A DNA stretch of 64,000 nt from Lingula anatina (lineage: Eukaryota > Animalia > Brachiopoda): positions 12,768,587-12,832,586 of the forward strand of contig CM120648.1 of the NCBI GenBank assembly GCA_051362555.1, written 5' to 3'. Each line of letters begins with the position of its first letter. The first letter of the stretch is position 1. The notes under the pieces are model-generated. The model searched no databases, was not told the DNA's origin, and saw only the letters and a list, made by a program, of their open reading frames with translations. Shown here piece after piece: positions 22,801-32,500 of the stretch. The translations under genes and the position numbers were made by a program.

Positions 22801-25160
22801 ACCCGTCAAAAAACTCGTATCAACACAAGTGACGGACACTTGCTCTCGACACAGTTTTATCTGATCACTTTGCCGATAACAAAGAAGGAATCTCTCAGGT
22901 AAAATTACTCGATTGCCGAGGAAGAGCCATTGAAACGTTCAAATGCAACTTCACACCTCTTAATTGCGGTTAAACGTAATCGCCTTTGTTAGCGCTTCCT
23001 TCTACATATCCTTGACACCCTACTGGGCATCACAAGGCTAGGGCCCTCTCCAGAGCTGTCAATCAAAATGGCGGCACGCTTACATGCCTAACGAGTGGTC
23101 GGAAAATGTAACAAAAGCACGATTTTCTGCCCCTTCAAAGCACCCAAACAAAATATTTTTAGATGACAATAAGCAATGGTTCCAGCTGATCGTATAACCG
23201 ATAACAGGTAAATTTGCCAGCTAAGCATTTGACTAATAAGCCCTGTTAACCAACCTGTGAACGTTTTTGGCTGTTTTAACAGCTTTCTATATTGACGAGA
23301 TAAGTGAATCGCTGCCAAGTATATCTCACTATCTGAGCAACCGATCGTTACAAAAGTTGCACCTATTGTTGTTAGGAATGTGGACTACAGCATGATATCA
23401 GGGGTTTAAGAGAAAATTGTTTGTTTGAAAGATATCGCCTTTTGAAGTGAATAAGCCATTGAAATATGGGGTAATTTAACGTAAAAGATGATAATATCAA
23501 AAGTAAATAGTTTAAGACAATTCCCTGGTACCGCGCTGAAGTGCTTTCACCCAGCTTTATGAGGCCTTTTGAATCACTTGAATAGCTGTCTTGGTTATAG
23601 AGAAAATCCCAATACCGAAAACGGCATTTTTCCCCTCAAATTGGCGCCAGAGCGTCTTCCGTTGGACACTGTACTTAATCCCCGTCTTTAATTGGCCTTT
23701 TGGGAAGTTTGTTTTAATTTTTTATAAAAACTTATAAGCCCAGGGCTTTGTTTCTATGACTTTGGTCCTTTTACTATCACCGGCCTTAAATTGGTTGTCT
23801 AGTGCAATTGTTTTCTGTTTGGCAGCTAAATGTTACTGTGAGATTGTTTAATTTACACTTAGACTGGTTACGTTTTGTCATGCTTTTCAACTTTTATACA
23901 TGATCTAAACTGAACGAAATAGGCCTATTTATCACCAGTCGAACATCGCCAATGTCACCAAAATGTCGTGCTGTTATATTCTATGGACTTCTAACTAAAA
24001 TGTGTGGAGTCCAGTTCCAATTTAACTTTCATGATAATTGTCACTTGTACACGAAATTCCTTTGTATCGACTTGACGCATGTCCTCAGTTCGCAAAGAAG
24101 TGCGGTAATAATTCTGCATAGTAAAAATGATGAGTATTCGAACAGTAAAGCAGGGAACTTGCAAAAAAAATAATAATAATAAATAAAAGGTGATATAAAT
24201 AAATAAATACAAAACAAACAAACAAATAAATGTAAATCATGGTACATTGTAATAAGCAGTAATAGACAAAAAGGAAAAATGATTACTGACAGTGCTGCTC
24301 AGCTTTCTTTTGCGTAAATTTCGTGGTGCCTTTCTAATGGTTGTTATTTGAACGAAATAAATCATTCCGAGTTCTCTGATTCTTGCAACCTTTGGAAAAT
24401 AATCTACAAATATTTGGCTAATAAAATACCTGCCCAAGTATTCCAATATATTGTGATAATCAACTGGGTCATCTGGAGGGGAGATAGGAAACAAACAATA
24501 AGCGCATTTACGTCAGTTTTAATTTACAGCAGTTGAGTAGTGGGTCTCCAAACAATTTTTAATTTCTTGGTTTTTAAAAAAAAAAATTCTTCTTTTTTCT
24601 TCTTCGTAACAAATGAAAAAAAGTGAAGTTGTGCATTTTGATATTATGAACAAGTGTCGTGGTCTTATATAAGATATAACTACTGATGCATTTGATGCTC
24701 AGAAATCCAATAGTTTCTGAAGTGACTAAAATGTGTGGAAAACAGAGTTTAGTCTCTTGAAAATGATTTACGCGCAATTATCATTACCATGAAAGAGAGA
24801 ATAAAAAACTTGTGTTGTGATTTTTTATTTCTTTTTCGTTTCTTTGTTATTCATTCGAAAAAGGGCATTTTTAAGCCGGCGATTCTCGCTTTAATTACGA
24901 AAAAAAATAGTAGGGCATATACTCCAGTATGGTGGAAAATGGTCACATGATAACGATGAGAACGAAAGCGATCTCTTTTAGATCTAATAACCCCCTCCCC
25001 AAACTCCAGTTTCTTTAATTTAACTTCAAATTATAACTTCTGTACATACAGTAACATGTATGGTCAGGACTAAAGGCTATACCTTACCTATTGCTGCACA
25101 TCTCATCACACTTAGTATTGCTAGCAGTACACGTATATTCCATGACATCCGCGTCGCCAT
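8431..25160 (-). CDS. Type I membrane protein: SP-MAM-SRCR-LDLa-MAM-mucin stalk-TM-Tyr-rich tail. Exons 25160-25088, 20096-19947, 19470-19361, 19099-18926, 18310-18223, 17198-17069, 16544-16360, 16000-15878, 15251-15114, 14306-14218, 14107-13928, 13359-13281, 12971-12681, 11955-~11600 (donor uncertain), 10538-10473, 9959-9821, 9444-9325, 9062-8921, 8598-8431
   Basis: Signal peptide [27 protein letters not shown]1 [35 protein letters not shown]...FSLYYHMYG...[27 protein letters not shown]...ATVACRELGY...C..LRDC...VQC. LDLa [39 protein letters not shown]2 CDFNE...GPTSDH...FRFYYW...[12 protein letters not shown]. Thr/Ser-rich exons. [25 protein letters not shown] followed by RAR. Exon phases are compatible except at the unresolved donor near 11600. 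Confidence 0.85.
10918..11036. mobile_element. Short MITE, TIR CCCAGCAA(A/G)CACGTCACGTT
   Basis: CCCAGCAAACACGTCACGTT at 10918 pairs with AACGTGACGTGCTTGCTGGG at ~11016-11035. Confidence 0.65.
11095..11515. mobile_element. MITE-like element, TIR ATAGACCTTTTGC(G)ATCAATGCCAC
   Basis: ~24-bp inverted repeats at 11095-11118 and 11491-11515. Confidence 0.6.
12304..12570. mobile_element. Hairpin MITE (terminus GGGACCATTCAGAA), related to the 15286 family
   Basis: ~75-bp imperfect inverted arms: CATTCAGAATAGAAGACCCGAGTATCAACTGATCCAAG... pairs with ...CTTGGGTCAGTTGAAACTTGGATCTTCTTTTCTGAATGG. Confidence 0.7.
15286..15461. mobile_element. MITE, PIF/Harbinger-like (3-bp TSD ATA)
   Basis: ~52-bp TIRs GGCCTCATTCAGAATAGGGGACTAACTAG... 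and ...CTAGTTAGTCCCCTATTCTGAATGGGGCC, with ATA on both flanks. Confidence 0.8.
17337..17552. mobile_element. CAG(G/T)GGCGGAT-type MITE; relatives at ~43997-44343 and ~54016-54320
   Basis: CAGGGGCGGATCCAGGATTATTTGAAGGGG ... CCCCCTCTAAATCCGCCACTG. Inverted relatives lie in CYP intron 1. Confidence 0.7.
19789..19859. repeat. (AAT)n microsatellite
   Basis: About 23 perfect AAT units. Confidence 0.95.
20255..20850. repeat. ~39-bp GC-rich minisatellite in two duplicated blocks
   Basis: Unit GGACGGTAGGTCAGCGAGAG(G/T)ACCGCAGTGTGCGTTG. Arrays at ~20255-20400 and ~20535-20780 are each followed by the same tail TGTTCTCTGGAAA..TAAAGGTGACAGA..GCTGCAG(C/T)TGATTAA. Confidence 0.85.
21377..21551. mobile_element. 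MITE, same family as 15286, opposite orientation (3-bp TSD AAT)
   Basis: GGCCGCATTCAGAACAG...GTTCTGAATGCGGCT. The interior is the reverse complement of 15340-15410, and AAT flanks both ends. Confidence 0.75.
21638..23785. mobile_element. Kolobok-like DNA transposon (non-autonomous or decayed)
   Basis: TTAA TSD at 21634-37 and 23786-89, TIR GGCCGGTGATAG / CTATCACCGGCC. Purine-purine termini with a TTAA TSD fit Kolobok rather than piggyBac (CC termini). Only fragmentary ORFs inside. Confidence 0.75.
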
Positions 25161-25465
25161 CTTTTCAGTGTCGTCTCTACCATTTGTGCCTTATTAAACA
25201 CACGTCGTGTTAATGACAGAGATACGCCGTGTTAATATTTAGACCAGTCGAAATATTTATCACCAGCCGAAATATTTATCACCAATCGAACATCCCCAAT
25301 GTCACCAAAATGTCGTGCTGTTATATTCTATGGACTTCTAACTAAAATGTGTGGAGTCCAGTTCCAATTTTACTTTCATGATAATTGTCAGTTGTACACG
25401 AAATTCCTTTGTATCGACTTGACGCATGTCCTCAGTTCGCAAAGAAGTGCGGTAATAATTCTGTT
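23929..25465. repeat. ~190-bp direct duplication (23929-24115 vs 25276-25465) flanking exon 1 of the MAM gene
   Basis: Near-identical ATCACCA(G/A)TCGAACATC...AAATGTGTGGAGTCCAGTTCC...GCGGTAATAATTCTG. Confidence 0.9.
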
Positions 25466-26340
25466 GTACTTAAGAGAAAACCATGTAAACGACTACACTG
25501 TACTTCGTTTTTATACTCGGGCTTACAGACGTCTTATAACTCCATGTTGACAAATGACAAATGGCTTTCTCTGCGCAGGACAAACTTCAACGGGGCTTAT
25601 CGCGGATTTCAATGTGCCAAGCTTGCGTTCATAGCGTGGTGTTATCAGGCCAGACCCGAGCTGCATATTGGATAGGTTTATCAGGACAATATAGCAACAA
25701 GAGTAACTTCCTGGTGTGACCTCAGCACCCTGTGTTTCAGATGGTTTTCTGGAAGCTCTCATAACAGAGCTGAGTTTCTAGAAACTCTGTGAAACGCAGG
25801 GCGGATCACGGAAGAGTCTTCCGTAAATTTCCCCAAACTACGAGCAATCGTCCCGAGTGTTAGAGGACCCTGACTCTCCTCTCTACTATCAGCACACTGT
25901 TGCATAATAGTAGTTTGGGGGGGAAATTGAATCGGCCACTTGTGTAAATTATTTCCTCCAGTGCATGGGTACCATTTATAAAAGAAAATACATCATTTGA
26001 AATACAAGATCAGTTGAAAAAATATGAAATAAGCATAATCGATATAAAATTAGGAAACAAATAAGGCCCGCCCACCTTCTGTGTTTATGTAGTCAAATTC
26101 AGCTTTCGAGAGAACATCGAAACTCGTATAAAAGGACGTATAAAAGGACTGAGATCTAGAACTCAGGGTGAAAAACAGTTCTCTTTATAGGATAATGGAT
26201 GAATACTACCCTCTGATACATTGTATCATGGGCTTCTAACTTAGTATACAAAATTTAAGTATTGTAACGGACTAGTAACGCACCCTGCGGACAACGAGAA
26301 GATAAATACTATGAAATGACTAATGTCTCAAGGCGACGAC

Positions 26341-26516
26341 CAGGGCCGTAGCCTGAGCAAAATGCAAGGGGGGGGGGGGGGCAGTAAGCGGACACGAGGG
26401 GGCGAAGCTACCGAGGGGGGAGGGTGTGGTGTGTAAAATTCCAAATTCCAGGGGGGGGGGGGCAGCTGCCCCCCCTGCTCCCCCCCCCCCCCCCCCCCCC
26501 GGAGGGTACGGCCCTG
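26341..26516. mobile_element. CAGGGCCGTA-type MITE with 6-bp TSD GACGAC
   Basis: CAGGGCCGTA...TACGGCCCTG, flanked by GACGAC at 26335-40 and 26517-22. Interior has G and C runs. Confidence 0.75.
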
Positions 26517-28172
26517 GACGACTGCTACATTGCTACCCTCTACCAGGGCTGCAGTTATTATTATGTGGACATTTTCTCTGAGGTTTACGGAGAATAATTG
26601 TGAATTTCACCAAAGACATATCTGTGAATATCTGGTGAAAAATCAATCTGTGGCCCTTGTCGAGGGTACTACAGTGTACATTACGGTGGATTACTACGAA
26701 TTTATCATTGATCAAATATGGACACACCAATCTCGAAATCCAGACATATTTTTGACTCATGAATTTCAATGAACTCCTTGATAATATGAAGCTGCCAATA
26801 CCTAACTTACATTAGTTTATTATTCTCAAAATTCAATTATTATCGATGTTGATTATCAGCAGGTGTTACTTGAAGTGCTTGATAAATTGTGCAGTCAACG
26901 GTTATCTTAAACTTTATTATTATTACTCATGCCTCAGTTTTACTGTATAATTGTTTAAAATTAAGTTATTTTTCGTGAACCTCTTAATTTCGTTATTAAT
27001 GATTAACACATTCATACTGCAAGAGAAGAGAAGCATGCAAAACATTGATCAATAATGTTACCTCTTTAAGATAAGTTAATGTATAATGCACTCACCACTT
27101 GGCAATTTCTACGTCTTCCAGTATTTTGATATTTTATCTTAATTTCATTTGAAACAGCATAAAGAAGTTTACGAAACCTGATTTGGCTATTGGACGCAGA
27201 TACAGCGCGGTAGATTGAATTGCAGCAGTTGTGCCGCTACGCATTCTTGGTTGTGTTGCCTCACTCACAAGAAAGGTGACTATTTGTGTGTTTATCTTGG
27301 TAAAGCTTCGAAAATTTTGTGAACGAAATGCTTTGGCGTATCTAATATGCTTTGGGGAGGGGAGATGAGGGTGAAACAGGATTAACAAAAAATAAATAAA
27401 TAAAGTAAAAATAAATAAAAAATAAATTAAAATAAAACTCCATGCCTTCATGATCATCATCATAGCTGGAGGGAGGCGCCTCCCCCTAACCCGCCTTCCC
27501 ACTGTACGCACTCGCTGATAGTGAAACTATTTTACCTAATCCGTTGAAATATACCGACCAATTCATGAATGACGTGACTTACGCACTTATTGAATACAAA
27601 GGGAAATTCAATTACATATTGGAAAAATATCAAATGTAAATTATCGTTTGCTGCGTTACTGTGTAGGCCCTATACAGTAACTACAGTGCAATACTTCCAT
27701 TGTTTAAGTATTTTTTCCATTTTCTATTTTTTTATTCTAAAGTTATTTTTCCTCATTGACTTTGGTTCAGTCAAGTGCCATCAAAGCGTATTTGAATAAT
27801 TTTTGTGACGCTGTTGAAACAGAACATAACACAAATGGTAGGCTACGAATCAAAGAATTTATTATTTTCCATTTTGACTTCGAAATTTATTTGTTAAGTA
27901 CTAGGCCAGAAAGACACCATGTATCATTATGTTAACAAAAATAATATCAAAACTATTATTCTTTCAAATACAGCATCTGTTTTGCTGTCTCTTGGTTACA
28001 AATAAATCTGGCCCAATAATAAACTAGCCTAATAAATCATTAAATGGTCTTGAATCTATTCACACACTTTTATTGACACATACAGATGTCTCTGAAAATG
28101 CAGAATATAATACAAAGAAATGCATTTTTAAATGTCTGTCAAATTGAAATAAAGATATCGGTTCATTACAGT

Positions 28173-29549
28173 CTACCATGGTCGCCAAACTGATGCATTT
28201 TCGTCGCTATAATTTTCCGTGGATTCCCTGGCGGCAGTCGGCGATGGCATAAACTCGAAAGGTTGTCCTTTTGTTACGATTTTCCCGTCTGCGACGTCTG
28301 AAGAGCCTTTGAGTTCTGTGTTCACAAAAACAAACAACGGTAAACATGTTAGTTTTTTCGTCGTGGGACTGTTTGGCAATTCTTCTCCAGTTAAGGTACC
28401 AAGTTTTTGCACATTAGGAGACATGAGGCTTGTCTTGTGTGAAGCAGACGACAGATTTTCCTCACGTGACCCCTCGTGTTTATAATGCAGGCCCCGAGTA
28501 GATGAAATGAATGCTGAATCTGCCTGGATGGAGTCATCTTTAGTAAGAGAGTTGTGAGACCGGTGGTAACTTCTCACTTCATCCAACATTCTAAAATTAA
28601 TAAATTTGTCTAGATTCCCCTCTCTTTTCAGACATGTCGTAATAGCGTCTGTGCAATCCATGTATCCCTGTATGTAATTGTCGCTTTCTTTTGACGGTGT
28701 GTGTTCTGAAAATAACAAACGGAGCTTTAATTTACATACAAAATTTAATACGTGATGTTGTTAGTGTCGTTAAATATTGCGTGTGAGGTCTTAAAAGGAA
28801 CAAAAAGTAATAAATTCCTGGGTGATTACGTGTCGTGGCCTTAATAATTTGAGGATAGGCCTATATCTGACCTTATCTCATTTAAGGTCCTACTTCGCCG
28901 CTTACTCCAAGTATAATCAAAATATGGCCTTAAACTGCTTTCAATTCAGCCGTAAGTACCCTGCGTACCACGCTTACCTTCATCACCCCTCCCCTGCGTC
29001 TCATCCCGCCGCAACCGTCGCAGGTATTTCACCGTCATCTCTAGGACGTCAGCCTGGTCCATCTTGGAGGCCTTGTCGTCTGCCCCCTCCTGACTGGCCA
29101 GCAGCAACCGCTTTAACTGAACCAGACACGAGTTGATTCGACCCCGGCGGCGTTTCTCGGCCAGAGATTTGGCACACTGTGAAGAAAAATCATTCAGATG
29201 TATAGAACCAGGAAGAAGGCCTATGTGATCATTTATTTGTTAGGATTGAAAATAATTGCGTTTCATTTTCACCTCATTTTAATATTTTCAAGAATTATAC
29301 TCACAATCTGTGATGGTAAAATTTAGATGGATGGGGTAATGCAACATGTAAGTTAAATGCCGTTTCAGGCATTTTAAAATCAGTCATAAATAATTTTCAA
29401 GAAAGAACGCATTTTGCATAAATGTAAACTGTGCAACAGGGCACATACAATCCATTGGCTATTGAATAACTGAGCGTTTTTTTTACCTTTCTACGACTTC
29501 TATCTTTTCCAATGTCTTCTTCTGTAGAGATCTCACGCGTACAACCCAT
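28173..29549 (-). CDS. hes: Hairy/Enhancer-of-split (HES) bHLH-Orange repressor. Exons 29549-29487, 29176-28978, 28705-28173
   Basis: Spliced translation RSRRK|CAKSLAEKRRRGRINSCLVQLKRLL...SKMDQADVLEMTVKYLRRL (bHLH), Orange domain YIQGYMDC, C-terminal Groucho-binding WRPW followed by stop. Confidence 0.92.
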
Positions 29550-32500
29550 GCTAGCCGACAGTACTGACCACTGCTGTAAAATCTTGTTAATTACACTTCG
29601 CAGGTCCACAAGTAATCCAACGGTGCGGCCAGCGTTAATTTTCTGTCTTAGAATTCGTTCGTTGATTTTGTGTTTTATCCACCAGTGTTGAATATTGCCT
29701 TCGTCCTACAGTAAAGTACACAGTAAACTGCTTTCCGAGACCAACTGATGATCTGAGGCAGTCTGTCTTCGTCTGGCGGAATGTCCAGTTTTTAAGTGGA
29801 GGGGGTGACCACACGCCGGCAGAGTTAACCCACGTGTTGCTAATCCACTTGTTGCTCACTAATCAATCATCGTAACCATGGAGATTACTTGGCAGGCGGG
29901 GCTAGCCGTTGTATTCAACCAATCAAATGTGATGTTTGTTTTCACTTTCGAAACATTTCTGTTATTTATTATCCAGGTTCCCAATCTTAATCATATACAT
30001 TTCAAGCATATCAATCAGTATGTGAAAGAAATTACTAATGTTATCCCGTTTCCGGGCCAATAAGATTTAAAATTGTGCCAACAATATGGATAACGACAGA
30101 ATCATAAGAAAAGAATTATGTACCTTGGAACAAACTTGGCACCACAGACTAATGCTGACACTGTCAAATAAAAACGTCACGAGAAGAAAAATAAAGATAA
30201 TATTCTTTATCTTAACATGAAATCAGCGTCTGTGGTCAGTCATCAAAATGGCGATTTTAATGGTGATAATATATGAAAAATTACATAAAGTCGGGTCCTA
30301 GATTTTGATTTTTTACACCACATTTGTCCTTTTTTAAATTTTGCTTTAAAATCTGTGAGAAAAGACATACGTATTTTAAAGTATATTCGTGCTGGCCATA
30401 GCTTGTTAAACACGATGATTAAAAAAGTGAAAGAGCAAATGATTGCCCCAGTCAGGCCACTTCAGTTTCCGTCAAGAGTTTGCATACAAACTGACCGCAA
30501 GAATGTCCAATTTCGGTGTCCTTCAGCATCTCCGTTATTTGTCACTTTGTGGAAATGTTACCACATCCGACTGCGCTGTTCGTTGACTTGTTTTTAAATG
30601 CAGTCTACTAGTTTAATGGATGCAAAATACTTTAAGCAGATTGAAGACCACAATAAACGGGATAAAAACCGACGCATTTTCCACAATACGATCCTTGATA
30701 AAAAAATGAATGGTTTCTAAAGAGGTTAAATGTGTTATTGCTCTTACACATGATTTTTTTGGGGGGAAAGATACATTTTTTTTGTCATTATTACAAAAGA
30801 GACTACGACAAACCCAAGTCATAGAATGGAAGCCTTGTGACGATTCCAAAAGATATTTTTTGTATTTTATTTCATGTTCAACATTATTTTTAGAAAGCTG
30901 TTGCGTGGAAACATTAAGGAACGACCAATATTATACTTTTTAACGATGGGAGGCATTCATTCCAGATCAAAAGGAAAGACACTGTATCCCTGGCTAAGAT
31001 AAATTTCTAACAGTTTAAGACTTAGGATGTAGCACAATTTCATTTACAACGTTCAGCGGCCGCACCTGCCTGCCATAAGCGATTTCACATAACCGTCTTT
31101 ATCAACCTCACCGAATAATAATTTCCTACATAATCCCCAAACCACTACTCACACACGATCTATAATTAATAAACTTCCCACTGTGGCATGAGATACATTG
31201 GCACGCGCACAAAGCCCCTAATACCGTCCGAGCTCTCACTGGTCACCGCGTGGGCGTGTACTGACCAGCGGCTATGATACTGACCATTGGGTTTACAGGT
31301 AAAATACCCTGACACTGATCCGCCAGAGCATTAGAAGGATAAGCCGAAAACTAAGAGGATAAATTGGCGCGAAAATCTGAGATTTGTTTGTTTGCAATAG
31401 CGCACTTACTATAATTTATTTTTGTCCACACGCCAATTAGTAGATGACATATAAATCCTAGTTACGAGATGTTCATAGCGAAATATAGTAAGTGTGCTCG
31501 GACTACGTAAAAAAAGAAATCGGGAAAAATATAATAGAATTATATAAAGGGATTCAGTTTCACACATGCTTGCGAAAGCTAGTGAGATATCGATGAAATG
31601 CATTGTTTACATTAAATATGTCTCATATCATTAGTATTGATTTAAGAGAACCGGCCAACTCTAGTTTGTTTCTTTGGAGTGATTACTCACCAATGCACAA
31701 TTGGAAAAAAACGTATGGGTATTTCAAAGGAGAAATATCTCATACATATATATATATATATGTATATGTTAAACACACCCATACATCAATCATCACTCTG
31801 AAGTTGGATATGGTGTTGCTTAGATTTTAACACATTTCTTAAAATACATCAGGAAAAAATGAAAGAATAAAATGTGAATTAAATATTGAAACACAATTTG
31901 AAAGCACATATATTTCAAATTACAACAACTAGGCGCTGCATGTTTTTCTTTGCTTCAGGAATAAGTGATGTGGACCAGCTATCTCTCAGCTTTAACTTGT
32001 CATCTAACAGTCTATCGGGGTTTTCAAATCCAGAAAATTGTACCCGTTGAGCGTAATTGGGAATGAATTGCATTTGAGAGACTGTTAATGGTAAATCGTT
32101 GACAAATCACTAACGGCACGCACTCTGAGCACTTAAGTTTTATAATAATACATAATTGCACCAAAACGCTTTTCCTCATTATGATTGTCTGACACGCTTT
32201 TTGGCGTTCAGTCTGCCTTAAGTTATAATTTCTTCTCTCATTTGATAATTCATTAGCCTATATGGGTCCAGTTAACGGAAAGCACGTTCAAGTGTCGACA
32301 TGGTATCTCAGACCCCTCCCTGAAAGAAAATGGCACGAGGCGTCGTCTGCGTAACAAAATGTCCAATTTTCCCTCCCGCAGTCAGTGACGAGAAAGAAGT
32401 TGTGATTATTAACTATTTTGTCAGCGTTGGTCATTTTTAATTTCTACTCCGTCTGCGCGTGACGATTAGAGCGACGGCGCATCGTCTGCTTCCAGTAATT

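Noticed and set aside
21638-23785. piggyBac assignment based on the TTAA TSD
   Set aside because: The termini are GG..CC rather than CC..GG, which fits Kolobok better.
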